A stretch of DNA of 64,000 nucleotides, from NCBI GenBank assembly GCA_003009755.1, contig PXUB01000029.1:13946-77945 (forward strand). Direction: 5' to 3'. Shown one piece after another: positions 8,911 to 18,131 of the stretch. Within the stretch, counting starts at the first letter, position 1, and each line of letters opens with the position of its first letter. The DNA comes from Thermoplasmatales archaeon SW_10_69_26. Its GTDB lineage: Archaea > Thermoplasmatota > SW-10-69-26. A program made the position numbers and the translations under genes. The notes under the pieces are model-generated. The model did not search any database and was not told the origin of the DNA. It was given only the letters and a program-made list of their open reading frames with translations.

Positions 8911-9678
8911 CTACCCGATGTACTGCAGGTCGCCTTCCTCGCCGGGGCTGCCGGCTTGGCTCTCGATGTCCCGCAGCTGTTGGGTGAGCTTGTCCATCTG
9001 CTGGGCGCGGTCCTCGAGGTCGGAGAAGTCGATCTCCATCTCGAAGATCTCGGCCAGCACCTCGAGCAGGGCGCGCGCCGACCGGGGGTCGACGAGGTAG
9101 CCGCTCGTCTCGCCCATCAGGCAGATGCCCTCGATGTCGCGCGACTTGCCGAGGCCGAGCAGCAGGCCGGAGGCGCCGACGATGCCGCCGCCGGGCTCGT
9201 CCTTGCTGAACACGACGCCGTGCTCCTTCATCTCCTCGACCAGCGGCTCGTGCGTGGCGGCGCCGAGCACGCGGGCTTCGTCCAGGATCTGCCCGGTGCC
9301 GTAGCCGCCCAACGTGTAGAAGCGACCCACGGAGAGCTCGTCCATGATGTCGAGGATGGCGTTGGCGAGCGCGTACTGGCCCTCGCCGGTCAGGCCCTGG
9401 TAGTCGCCGATGAGGATGACGAGATCGCGGCCGCCGTCCGGGTTCTCCCAGACGTGCACCTCGTTGTTGACGAGGCGTACGGTCCCGTTCTCGTGCATCA
9501 GGACCTGGGGCGGGAAGTGCGGGGAGTGGATCTCGGCCACCTGTTCGGCGTCCAGCTCCTCGATGAGGTGGTCGGCGGCCAGCTTGCCGACGTTGCCGAC
9601 CCCCGGCAGGCCCTCGATCAGGATCGGATCGTTCAGTTCGCCGGGCTCCTCGAGCCACTTGATGTCGATGTCCTTCAT
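8911..9678 (-). CDS. proteasome assembly chaperone (PAC2 family)
   Basis: LIEGLPGVGNVGKLA, HFPPQV, CLMGETSGYLVDP; conserved position after nop10. Confidence 0.92.
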   Translation of the reverse strand: MKDIDIKWLEEPGELNDPILIEGLPGVGNVGKLAADHLIEELDAEQVAEIHSPHFPPQVLMHENGTVRLVNNEVHVWENPDGGRDLVILIGDYQGLTGEGQYALANAILDIMDELSVGRFYTLGGYGTGQILDEARVLGAATHEPLVEEMKEHGVVFSKDEPGGGIVGASGLLLGLGKSRDIEGICLMGETSGYLVDPRSARALLEVLAEIFEMEIDFSDLEDRAQQMDKLTQQLRDIESQAGSPGEEGDLQYIG

Positions 9679-9857
9679 GAGGATGCCTCGTCGTCGCTGT
9701 CGTCAGCTTCCTCCATGCGCTTCAGCTTGCGCCTGTAGGAACCGTACTTGTCCTCCGGCGAGAACTTCGCCGGCTGGGGGTCCTCGGTCTCGGCCCCGCA
9801 GCGCGGACACGTTCCCGAGAAGGTGTAGCGTCCGCACTCGGAGCAGCTGCGCATCAT
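9675..9857 (-). CDS. nop10: H/ACA RNP protein Nop10
   Basis: CSECGRYT...CPRCG...PAKFSPEDKYGSYRR. Confidence 0.95.
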   Translation of the reverse strand: MMRSCSECGRYTFSGTCPRCGAETEDPQPAKFSPEDKYGSYRRKLKRMEEADDSDDEASS

Positions 9858-9866
9858 GGACCGAGG

Positions 9867-10658
9867 CTACTCCTCGTCGAGCTCGCGGTGGAAGGAACCT
9901 TCGCCGCCGGTGTCGGCGATCGTCTCGATCGCTCGATCGGCGGCCTCCTCGAGCTCGTCCTCGGCGATCTTGTAGTCGGGCGCGGTCACGCGGACGCGGT
10001 AGCGGGGCGCGCCGACGTACTGGACCTCGATGTCGACGTCCTCGTACTCGGTCTCGCCGGCCGCCTCGAGCGCCGCCTGGACCTTGCGGACACCGTCGGA
10101 GGCGGGCGAGGTGACGTCGACGTACCCGGTGATCTGGACGAACGGGATCGAGATGTTCTCCTCGGCGAGCTCGGCGAAGCGGTCGAACCAGGGGCCCTCG
10201 AACCCGTCCTCCGCCAGCAGGGACGGATCGATCGCCGCCGTCTCGAAGGCCGCATACAGGGACCCGTAGGTCTCCTCCAGGTCGTAGCCGAAGTCCTCGT
10301 AGAGACCCTCGAGGTCCTCGTCGCGGTCCTCGGACAGGATCTCCATCAGCTTGCCGGCCTTCTGCTCGTTCTTCCACTCGTTGATCTTCTCGCTCTTCTG
10401 GTGGTCGTTGACCTGCTTGAACGAGAGGTCGACCTGGTCCTTGCCCTCGTTGACCTCGAGGACCTTGCAGACGACCTTCTGTCCTTCCTTGATGTGGTCG
10501 CGGACGTACTTCACCCAGCCCGAGGCGACCTCGGAGATGTGGATGAAGCCCTCCTTGCCATCGAACTCCTCGAGCTCGACGAACGCGCCGAAGTCCTCGA
10601 CCTCGGTGACCGTGCAGACGACGAGCGCTCCGGGATCGGGGTACTCCTGGCGCTTCAT
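9867..10658 (-). CDS. eif2a: translation initiation factor 2 alpha subunit
   Basis: S1 domain GFIHISEVASGW, VDLS, YVGAPRYRV. Confidence 0.95.
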   Translation of the reverse strand: MKRQEYPDPGALVVCTVTEVEDFGAFVELEEFDGKEGFIHISEVASGWVKYVRDHIKEGQKVVCKVLEVNEGKDQVDLSFKQVNDHQKSEKINEWKNEQKAGKLMEILSEDRDEDLEGLYEDFGYDLEETYGSLYAAFETAAIDPSLLAEDGFEGPWFDRFAELAEENISIPFVQITGYVDVTSPASDGVRKVQAALEAAGETEYEDVDIEVQYVGAPRYRVRVTAPDYKIAEDELEEAADRAIETIADTGGEGSFHRELDEE

Positions 10659-10664
10659 GGAAGA

Positions 10665-10874
10665 TCAGTCCAGATAGTCGATGAACGTGCTGCCCGTCAG
10701 ATCGGCCAGGCCGCCTCGCGGCTGGGCGAGCTCCGAGCCGCAGACCTCGCAGGTGATCGGGTTCGAGGGTCGGGCGAAGATGACCTGCTCGTTGCCGCAG
10801 TCCTCGCACTCGACCTCGGCGAACGTGCCGCGCTCCCGGGTTTCGGGTTTCTCTTGGGTTTGCTCCTCCGGCAT
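10665..10874 (-). CDS. rps27e: 30S ribosomal protein S27e
   Basis: FAEVECEDCGNEQVIF...CEVCG...PRGG. Confidence 0.95.
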   Translation of the reverse strand: MPEEQTQEKPETRERGTFAEVECEDCGNEQVIFARPSNPITCEVCGSELAQPRGGLADLTGSTFIDYLD

Positions 10875-10876
10875 GG

Positions 10877-11161
10877 TCAGGACTCCGTGAGCTCGAACTT
10901 ACCGGCGCGGAAGCACTCGGATGGCTGGTGCGCCTTGCGGCATTCCTGGCACCGGTAGCGCAGCTTGACTCGCTGCGTGGGCTTGCGGAGGCCCTCCGGC
11001 TTCGGCCGCGGGAAGCCCCGGTAGCCTCGCATGACGCGACGGAAGCGACGCTGGCCCTTCTTCATCTCGGAGGCAGGCTTGGTTCGGACTCGCTCCACGT
11101 CGTGATCGTGGTGCGCGTTGCAGAACGGGCAGTGTCGCTTAACGACCCTCGGCATCTTCAT
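10877..11161 (-). CDS. rpl44e: 50S ribosomal protein L44e
   Basis: MKMP...CPFCNAH...GQRRFRR..GY.GFPRP...KPT...YRCQEC. Confidence 0.95.
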   Translation of the reverse strand: MKMPRVVKRHCPFCNAHHDHDVERVRTKPASEMKKGQRRFRRVMRGYRGFPRPKPEGLRKPTQRVKLRYRCQECRKAHQPSECFRAGKFELTES

Positions 11162-11291
11162 TGGATGACCACCTGCGGGAACGGTTCGGGCGGTGGTAGG
11201 GCCGTCCTTCATTTAAGCATTACGCGGCGTCGCGGGAGCCAGCTGCCGGAGACCGGAACGTTTACCGCCCCGTCGGCGTTCGCCACCGGTT

Positions 11292-11795
11292 GTGGCTGAT
11301 CCCAGCGCGCCCGAGCCCGGCGAGGAAGCCACGCCGGACTCGCTGTCCACCTTCGAGACCGGGACCGAGCCCGAGGAGCCCTCGCCCGACCCGGAGCCGG
11401 CGGAGGACGAGACGGACGACCGCGGCCGTCGGACCCTGATCGCGATCGGGTTGGCCCTCGCGGTGAGCCTGGGGACGGTGATCGCCGCCCGTTCGTTGTT
11501 GATCGACACCGGCGTCGAGGTCGGCCTCGGCGAAACCGCCTCCGTCGGTCTCGTCGCCACGATCGTCGGCTTGGCGGCCTTCCTCCCGCTTCGGTGGGGG
11601 TTCTGGGTCGCCCCGCTCGTCGCGGGCGCCCACTACGCGCTGAACTTCTACAACATGCTGTTCACCGACGAGTCTGTGTACCAGTTCGTCGAAGGGTCGG
11701 CCATGGGTTACGCCGTGCTCACCCCCGCGATCGGCGTCGTCCTCGGGTTCGTGCTCGAGGGGGTCTACCGGTTGATCGTCCCGAGTGACGGGTAG
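11292..11795 (+). CDS. hypothetical membrane protein with acidic N-terminus
   Basis: About 4 TM helices; divergent from rpl44e with TTTAAG at ~11212. Confidence 0.7.
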   Translation: MADPSAPEPGEEATPDSLSTFETGTEPEEPSPDPEPAEDETDDRGRRTLIAIGLALAVSLGTVIAARSLLIDTGVEVGLGETASVGLVATIVGLAAFLPLRWGFWVAPLVAGAHYALNFYNMLFTDESVYQFVEGSAMGYAVLTPAIGVVLGFVLEGVYRLIVPSDG

Positions 11796-11858
11796 CGGAG
11801 GTTCCAACGACCCGGCCGCAAAATTAAACCGTTACGGAGGGTCATTCGGGAACGCTGC

Positions 11859-12242
11859 ATGGATCCCCTCCCCTGGGTCATCGACTGGAACCCTGATTTC
11901 GAGGACGATCCCCGGATGAAGCGAGCCGTGCTGACCGCGCTCCGCAAGGACGGGGTCGCCGATGCGATCCGGCGGCTGGCTCGCCGCGCTATCGAGGAGG
12001 TCGTCGAGAACGGGTTCGAGACCGAGCACCTGCTCTGGCTCGAGACGCGCGACCGGTTCGCGCTCTTCGTGCGCGTCTGGTACGAGCAGACCCAGGACAA
12101 GGTGTTCGCGGTCGTCGAGGAGAACGACCTCGGCGACGTCTGCTTCCTGATCCTCGAGGACTACGACTGCGCCAGCTACGAAGGCGAGGACGTCCTCAAG
12201 GTCGAGTTCGAGGATCCGGAGACGCTGGGCGTCGAGCCCTGA
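11859..12242 (+). CDS. hypothetical protein
   Basis: Host-like codon bias; AAAATTAAA TATA-like box at ~11820. Confidence 0.75.
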   Translation: MDPLPWVIDWNPDFEDDPRMKRAVLTALRKDGVADAIRRLARRAIEEVVENGFETEHLLWLETRDRFALFVRVWYEQTQDKVFAVVEENDLGDVCFLILEDYDCASYEGEDVLKVEFEDPETLGVEP

Positions 12243-12368
12243 CGCGCGCGGACCCCGGCGGCCGCCGAGGCCCGCTTGGCAGCGTTCACCTCTTCGCCGG
12301 CAACGACAGCTGCCGCTGCGAGGCAGGCGGCGGTCGGCGGGCCGGCGGCGGCCGATCCGCGCGTCCGA

Positions 12369-12773
12369 TCAGGAGACCTCGCGCGAGATCTCGACGATCG
12401 CGGCCGTGGCCTCGACGGCGTCGGCGCCCGCGAGCTCGGGGCCCAGCAGCTCGGCGCCGGCCTCGGCCCAGGCGCTCAGCGCCTCGGTGAGCGGCTCGTC
12501 GTCGGCGAGCACCTCGACGATCGCCAGCTGCTCGCGGTCCTCGGCCTGGCTGTCGTCCACCGGGCCGAGCTCGGCGGTGGGTTCGCCGCGCTCGTCGGCC
12601 CCCAGCGGCTCCTCGTCGTGGGCGACGGCGAGCCCGACGAGGAAGAGCCCGGCGTCCACGCGGGTCTCCCACAGATCCAACCCTAGCATACGGTCGACGA
12701 CCTCTTCGGTGGCCTCGCTGACGGCGAGGACCGGCTCCTCGTCGGCCTCGATCGGGGCGGCGGTCTGCGTCAT
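12369..12773 (-). CDS. small acidic partner of the SMC-like ATPase (resembles dnd-system-associated protein 4)
   Basis: ATGA overlap with the ATPase stop; LWETRVDAGLFLVGLA...PL...SAWAEAGAELL pattern. Confidence 0.6.
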   Translation of the reverse strand: MTQTAAPIEADEEPVLAVSEATEEVVDRMLGLDLWETRVDAGLFLVGLAVAHDEEPLGADERGEPTAELGPVDDSQAEDREQLAIVEVLADDEPLTEALSAWAEAGAELLGPELAGADAVEATAAIVEISREVS

Positions 12774-14767
12774 GCCGATCCCCCCTGCAGGCGGAGGGCC
12801 TCGACCTTGCCGGGCCGGATCCGCGTGTAGCCCTCGCGGTCGCCGCCCTTCTCCTGCATCCAGTCCATGCGGTAGACGTCGGGGTCGGCGGCCTCGACGG
12901 CGTCGTACCACTTGCCGTCGGGGAAGGCGTCCTTCGTGAACACGACGACCTGGCCCTCGTGGTCGCCGATGAGCTCGAGCAGGCGGTGGACGCCCTCGTC
13001 GTCGAGGGTGCTGAACGGCGCGTCGAGCAGCAGGAACGGGTGCTCGGCGGCGACCTCGCGCAGGGCGAACAAAAGCGCCAGGCCCAGCCGGGTCTTCTCG
13101 CCCTCGGAGAGAGGCACGATCTCCTCCTCGTCGCCGACGTCGCGGACGACGCGCGGCACCATCGAGGAGCCGCTGAGCGTGATCCGGTAGTCGGCGTCCT
13201 TCTGGAAGAGATGGTCGAAGATGCCCTGCGTGCGGTCGAGCAGGTCCTGGCGAAGCTTCGGGAGCGCGGCGTCGATCGTGCCGCGGATCGCATCTCGGTA
13301 CTTGCGGGCCCGTGAGAGCAGGGTGCTGTCGACGGAGACGTCGTCCATGTCGGCCAGTTTGGATTTGATCTCGTTGAGCCGCTCCTGGGCGTCGAGGTGC
13401 TTGCGGACGACCTTGGACTTCTCGTCCTGGATCGAGTTGACCTTCATCTTCTTGGCCTTGATGCGGCGCTGGATGAGGTCGCGCTTCTCCTCGACGTCCG
13501 TCTCGAGCTCGGCGTCGAGCTCCTCGAGCCGCTCGCGCTTGGCGCGCAGGTCCTCGGTGACCTCGGCCAGCCGTTGGCGCTGGGTCTCGATCGTCTCCGC
13601 CAGCTCGTCGGTGCCGTCCCCGCTGGCCCACTCCTGGAGCCGCCACTCGGAGACCGGCAGCTCGGGGACCTCGGGCTCGCCGGCGGTGAGGGCGTCGATC
13701 GTGCCGCGGATCTCCTCGCGGTGGTCGGCGTCCATCTCGGTCCCGCACCAGCACGTGTCCGCCTCGAGCCGATCCTCGAGGAGCTGGGCCTTCGTGACGT
13801 CCTCCTCCCACGCCTCGTGGGCTTCGACGGCTTCCTCGTGCTCGGCCAGCAGGGCTTCGACGGCGTCCTCGCAGCCGGCTTCGAGAAGCGTGGGCCAGCT
13901 GGGGGTCAGCTCGGCCCGGATGGAGGCCAGCTCGCGCTCGCGGCGCTCCTCGAGGTTGCGGACCTCCTCGCGCAGCTCTTCGCGCTCGGCCTCGCGCTCC
14001 TCGGCCTGGTCGAGCTTGGCTTGCTCTTGCTTGAGCTCCTCGACGTCGTCCTGCAGCTGGTGCTCCTCGATCTCCTTCTCGCGCTTCGTCTCGCGGAAGT
14101 TCTCCTCCCGCTCCTTGAGGTCGGCGCGCTTGTCCCGCAGCTTGCGGCGGCGCCGGTCGGCGCGTTCCTCGGCCTCGGCTTGCTTGTCGAGGTCGTCGAC
14201 GATGGCCTCCAGGGACTCGTCGAGGCTGACGATCTCGGGGTTCTGCAGCTGGCGCTCGACGCTCTCCTTCACGACGGGTCCGCTGAGTTCGGCGACGAAG
14301 TCGCGCACGTGCTCGCCCGTGAGCAGGTTGAAGCCCAACCGCTCGTGGGGGAGCAGCTCGGCGAGGAAGCCCTCGGGGTCGTCGATCGGGGCCCAGTCGC
14401 CGTCCTCGTCCCTCTCGACGACGAGGTCCGAGCTGGGCGAGGTGCCCCACTCGATCGATCGCTCGACGCGGTAGAGCCCGTCGTCGCCGACCTCCAGAAT
14501 CGCCTCCACGCGGCCGCCCTCCATGTTGCGGAACCGGTGGTGGTTGATGACGTTCTTCTCCTGCTTTTGCTTCAAGGAGCGGAACTCGTCGGCGTCGACG
14601 GCGGCCTTGCCGCGGATCAGCCAGCGGACCAGATCGATCGACGAGGTCTTGCCGTGACCGTTGGGAGCGTAGACGTAGGTGACGCCCTCGGTCGTCAGGT
14701 CGAAGACCTCCTCCTCGCGGAACGGGCCGACGCCATCGAACGTCAGCTTGCGGAGCAGGATGTCCAT
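12770..14767 (-). CDS. SMC/Rad50-like ABC ATPase of the DndD/CxC type
   Basis: Walker A APNGHGKTS, FNLLTGE, long coiled coils, central CWCG, signature LSEGEK, Walker B LLLDAPFSTLD. Confidence 0.85.
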   Translation of the reverse strand: MDILLRKLTFDGVGPFREEEVFDLTTEGVTYVYAPNGHGKTSSIDLVRWLIRGKAAVDADEFRSLKQKQEKNVINHHRFRNMEGGRVEAILEVGDDGLYRVERSIEWGTSPSSDLVVERDEDGDWAPIDDPEGFLAELLPHERLGFNLLTGEHVRDFVAELSGPVVKESVERQLQNPEIVSLDESLEAIVDDLDKQAEAEERADRRRRKLRDKRADLKEREENFRETKREKEIEEHQLQDDVEELKQEQAKLDQAEEREAEREELREEVRNLEERRERELASIRAELTPSWPTLLEAGCEDAVEALLAEHEEAVEAHEAWEEDVTKAQLLEDRLEADTCWCGTEMDADHREEIRGTIDALTAGEPEVPELPVSEWRLQEWASGDGTDELAETIETQRQRLAEVTEDLRAKRERLEELDAELETDVEEKRDLIQRRIKAKKMKVNSIQDEKSKVVRKHLDAQERLNEIKSKLADMDDVSVDSTLLSRARKYRDAIRGTIDAALPKLRQDLLDRTQGIFDHLFQKDADYRITLSGSSMVPRVVRDVGDEEEIVPLSEGEKTRLGLALLFALREVAAEHPFLLLDAPFSTLDDEGVHRLLELIGDHEGQVVVFTKDAFPDGKWYDAVEAADPDVYRMDWMQEKGGDREGYTRIRPGKVEALRLQGGSA

Positions 14768-14769
14768 CG

Positions 14770-14937
14770 TCAAGCCTCCTCCTGCAGGATCTCGCGGACG
14801 GTATCCTCGAGCTCTTCGCCTTCCACACGCTGCGCGGCTTGCAGCATGGATTCGACGACGTCCATCTCGAGGTCGCGCTCCTCGAGCTGATCCTCCAGGA
14901 GCGAGCGCACGCGCGGATCGAGTGTCGGTTCGGTCAC
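14770..14937 (-). CDS. small helical protein directly upstream of the ATPase
   Basis: GTG at 14937 (or 14970); stop 2 nt before the ATPase ATG; GGAGG in its 3' end could serve as the ATPase RBS. Confidence 0.7.
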   Translation of the reverse strand: MTEPTLDPRVRSLLEDQLEERDLEMDVVESMLQAAQRVEGEELEDTVREILQEEA

Positions 14938-15002
14938 GATCGATCGGGCCTCTGGCTCCACCGGGCCCACAGGGGTCCGATGGGACCCCCGCCAAGCCCC
15001 AA

Positions 15003-15016
15003 GGGGTATAAAAACA
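15003..15016. promoter_or_regulatory. TATA-like box between the divergent ATPase operon and trxB
   Basis: GGTATAAAAAC in very GC-rich surroundings. Confidence 0.55.
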
Positions 15017-15136
15017 GCGGGGAGTCACCCCTCGTGGTCGGGCGGCCAACGTGCCACGCCCTGCCGTGAAGTGCCGGGGGGCTGGCGCGTGCCCCGACGC
15101 AACGTATTTCTATCGGTCCCCGCTCATCGCTCGGGT

Positions 15137-16117
15137 GTGACCGTCCGCGACGTCGTCATCGTCGGTTCCGGCCCCGCCGGCCTCACGGCCGCGCTGTACA
15201 ACGCTCGCGCCAACCTGGACGTCCTCTGCATCGCCGGCTACGAAGCCGGCGGCCAGCTCATGCTCACCACGGACGTCGAGAACTACCCCGGCTTCCCCGA
15301 GGGCATCCAGGGTCCAGACCTCATGCAGAAGTTCCGCGACCAGGCCGCCCGGTTCGGGACCGACTTCATCGACCGCGACGCCACGGACGCCGACCTCTCT
15401 AGCCGTCCGTTCACGATCGAGGTCGAGGACGAGACGGTGAAGGCCCGCTCGGTCATCATCGCCACCGGCGCCAGCGCCCGCTGGCTGGGCCTCCCCGACG
15501 AGGAATCCTACCGCGGCAAGGGCATCTCGACGTGTGCCACCTGCGACGGCGCGTTCTTCAAGGACAAGGAGGTCGTCGTCGTGGGCGGCGGCGACTCCGC
15601 GATGGAGGAGGCGCTGTTCCTCACGAAGTTCGCCGACCAGGTCACGATCGTCCACCGCCGCGACGAGTTCCGCGCCTCGCAGATCATGGCCGACCGCGCC
15701 CTCGAGCACGAGGACATCGAGGTGCTGTGGAACACCGAGGCGATCGCGTACCTCGGCGACCCGACGATCGAGGGCCTCCGCCTCATCAAGCACCCCGACG
15801 GCCGGCCGAAGAAGCGCATCCCCGACGACGAGTGGGCCAACGCCGACGAGCACGGCGGCAAGGTGTACGACTTCGCCACCGACGGCGTGTTCATCGCGAT
15901 CGGCCACGACCCGAACACGCCGTTCCTCGAGGGCGAGATCGAGCTCGACGAGAAGGGCTACGTCGAGGTCGAGGGTCACACGCGCACGGACGTGGACGGT
16001 GTCTTCGCCGCCGGCGACGTCCACGACAAGCACTACCGGCAAGCCGTCACCGCGGCCGGGCTGGGCTGCCGGGCCGCGATGGACACCGAGCAGTGGCTGG
16101 AAGCCCAGGACGACTGA
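15137..16117 (+). CDS. trxB: thioredoxin-disulfide reductase
   Basis: GSGPAG, GGQLMLTTDVENYPGF, CATCDG, GGGDSA, RQAVTAAG. Confidence 0.95.
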   Translation: MTVRDVVIVGSGPAGLTAALYNARANLDVLCIAGYEAGGQLMLTTDVENYPGFPEGIQGPDLMQKFRDQAARFGTDFIDRDATDADLSSRPFTIEVEDETVKARSVIIATGASARWLGLPDEESYRGKGISTCATCDGAFFKDKEVVVVGGGDSAMEEALFLTKFADQVTIVHRRDEFRASQIMADRALEHEDIEVLWNTEAIAYLGDPTIEGLRLIKHPDGRPKKRIPDDEWANADEHGGKVYDFATDGVFIAIGHDPNTPFLEGEIELDEKGYVEVEGHTRTDVDGVFAAGDVHDKHYRQAVTAAGLGCRAAMDTEQWLEAQDD

Positions 16118-16124
16118 CCTGGGC

Positions 16125-16435
16125 TGGCTCCTCGGGGGTTGGACGTCGATCTCGCCGCCATGAGGTTCGACGATCTTGCGGCAGATCGCCGAGCCGACGC
16201 CGTGATTGGCGGACTCCTCCTCGGTGCCGCGGGCGAGCATCTCGAAGATGCTCTCGGGATCATCGAGACCGAGGCTCTGCCCGTTGTCGCGGACGGCGAA
16301 GGTGTGCTTCTGGTCGCCGGCTTCGTCGAAGATCTCGACACGGGGCGGCTCATCGTCCCGTCGGAACGTGATCGCGTTCTGGATGAGGTTCTGTGGCTGG
16401 CTCGCCTGGCCGTGCAGAGCACGATCAGGCTCCTG
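16125..16435 (-). pseudogene. histidine kinase HATPase_c remnant
   Basis: QNLIQNAITF...AVRDNG...IFEML...GVGSAICRKIVEPHGGEI; degenerate N/G/F boxes; no start, in-frame stop upstream. Confidence 0.75.
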
Positions 16436-16571
16436 TCCTAACCTGCCAGGGAATCCGTCAGCCTTGGCGGATGGTCCGGTCCCTTCCGCAGATCGAAGCT
16501 CCCGACCGGTCGGCGGAGGCGTGGTTGCGGCGGTAAGCTTTCAACCTTGACGCTACTGGACCGCTGATACC

Positions 16572-17459
16572 ATGACGAAGCTCGGCTTCGTGGGCGCCGG
16601 CCAGGTCGGCGCCACCGCTGCGTTCTCGTGCCTGCACCAGCTCGACGTCGACGAGATCGCCATCGTCGACATCCAGGAGGATCTGGCCGAAGGCCAAAGC
16701 CTGGATCTGGCCGCCGCCGCGGCCGGCCTGGGCGAGGTCCCCGAGGTCAACGCCGGCGGCGACTACGAGCTGCTCGACGGCGCCGACGTCGTCGTCTCCA
16801 CCGCCGGCTCCCCGCGCAAGCCCGGCATGGACCGGCTCGACCTCCTCGAGAAGAACGTCGGTATCACGCGCAACGTCGTGGAGGACACGTTCGCGCACGC
16901 GCCCGGCGCGCATCTGCTCATGGTGGCCAACCCGGTCGACGTGCTCACCTACGCGGCCTGGACGATCTCGGACCTGCCGCGCAACCGCGTGTTCGGCATG
17001 GGCAGCTGGCACGACAGCCTGCGCCTGCGCTTCGTCCTCTCCGACGAGGGCTACGGCACCGACGCCTTCATGCTCGGCGAGCACGGCGAATCGATGCTCG
17101 TCGCCAAGTCCGCCGCCGACGTCGGCGACACCGAGCCCGACTGGGCCGACATCCAGGACAAGATCTGCGGCCTGGCGATGAACATCATCGAGAAGAAGGA
17201 CTACACGAACTGGGCGCCCGGCGTCGCCACCGCCAACATGGTGAAGGCGATCGTCGAGAACGAGAAACGCGTCCTCCCGACCAGCACCGTGCTCCAGGGC
17301 GAGTACGGCATCGAGGGCGCCAGCCTCGGCGTCCCCGCCGTCCTCGGCCAGAACGGGCTCGAGCGCGTCCTCGAGTACGACCTCGCCGACGAGGACCGCC
17401 AACAGCTGCAGGACAGCGCGGACAAGCTCAAGAAGCAGATCGGCGAGCTGGACTTGTGA
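16572..17459 (+). CDS. mdh: LDH-like malate dehydrogenase
   Basis: GAGQVG, AGSPRKPGMDRLDL, VANPVD, DSLR, GEHG. Confidence 0.92.
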   Translation: MTKLGFVGAGQVGATAAFSCLHQLDVDEIAIVDIQEDLAEGQSLDLAAAAAGLGEVPEVNAGGDYELLDGADVVVSTAGSPRKPGMDRLDLLEKNVGITRNVVEDTFAHAPGAHLLMVANPVDVLTYAAWTISDLPRNRVFGMGSWHDSLRLRFVLSDEGYGTDAFMLGEHGESMLVAKSAADVGDTEPDWADIQDKICGLAMNIIEKKDYTNWAPGVATANMVKAIVENEKRVLPTSTVLQGEYGIEGASLGVPAVLGQNGLERVLEYDLADEDRQQLQDSADKLKKQIGELDL

Positions 17460-17665
17460 CGGTCGCGGTCGGCTCCCGTCGCCGGTTGTTTCACTGACCC
17501 CCCGCAGCGACGTTGATACCTGTCGCCCACCTCTCCGGAGTTGCCTCGCTTGGAGGGATGGAGGCACCATGGGAGGTGCCCTTCGAGCACGGCGCGTCTC
17601 GACCGGGAACGGTTCGAGCCTGTGGGCCCCGGAGGCCACGCCCCCGGGGCCCCACTTCTCCCCCT

Positions 17666-17913
17666 GAAGATCCTCTTTTCGACGGGGCCTAGCCGCCTCT
17701 CGACCGGGGAAAAGGAAAATCGCTGTTAAGGAAAACCCCGGTCGGCAGCGTCCGGAGGCGCCGGTGCCGACCGTCTGGCGCCTCCGGAGAAGACGGATCT
17801 TCGATCCGTCCGAAACGCAGGCCCCAGCGCCGCTGACCTTGGGCGCTGTTGGATCCTCGCGCAGGGCTATGTCCGCCTGACGGGCAACGACACCATCGCT
17901 CGTCGTGGGTCCC
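17666..17913 (+). mobile_element. MITE-like hairpin-rich repeat, family 2 (empty copy)
   Basis: Inverted near-copy of 33002-33346 lacking the 95 bp internal insert; partial copies at 42168-42320 and ~63965-64000. Confidence 0.8.
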
Positions 17914-18131
17914 CGACGACCGCCGCCGTGCCTCCGCGACGAAGGACGAGAACCCACAGGCGCAGGGCAACGCTGACGCCGGAGCCCTCAGGCGTGCTGT
18001 CTGCCCCGCCGGCTTCGGCGCGCCGCCGGCGAGGACCTCCAACATCTCCTACCGCCGTCACGTCGTCGCGGATCAGGGGTGTGAACCCGTTCGCGTCGAT
18101 GGCCGCACCAGCCGTGGTACCGTCCGGTCCG

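Noticed and set aside
12369-14828. 819 aa ORF and other long Arg/Gly/Pro-rich or antisense ORFs (e.g. 22096-24276, 24186-26225, 58252-60987)
   Set aside because: Shadow frames of real genes in high-GC DNA; only 12369-12773 of the first is protein-like
15780-15870. Insertion in TrxB (KHPDGRPKKRIPDDEW...)
   Set aside because: A similar loop is usual in halophilic archaeal TrxB; no intein motifs
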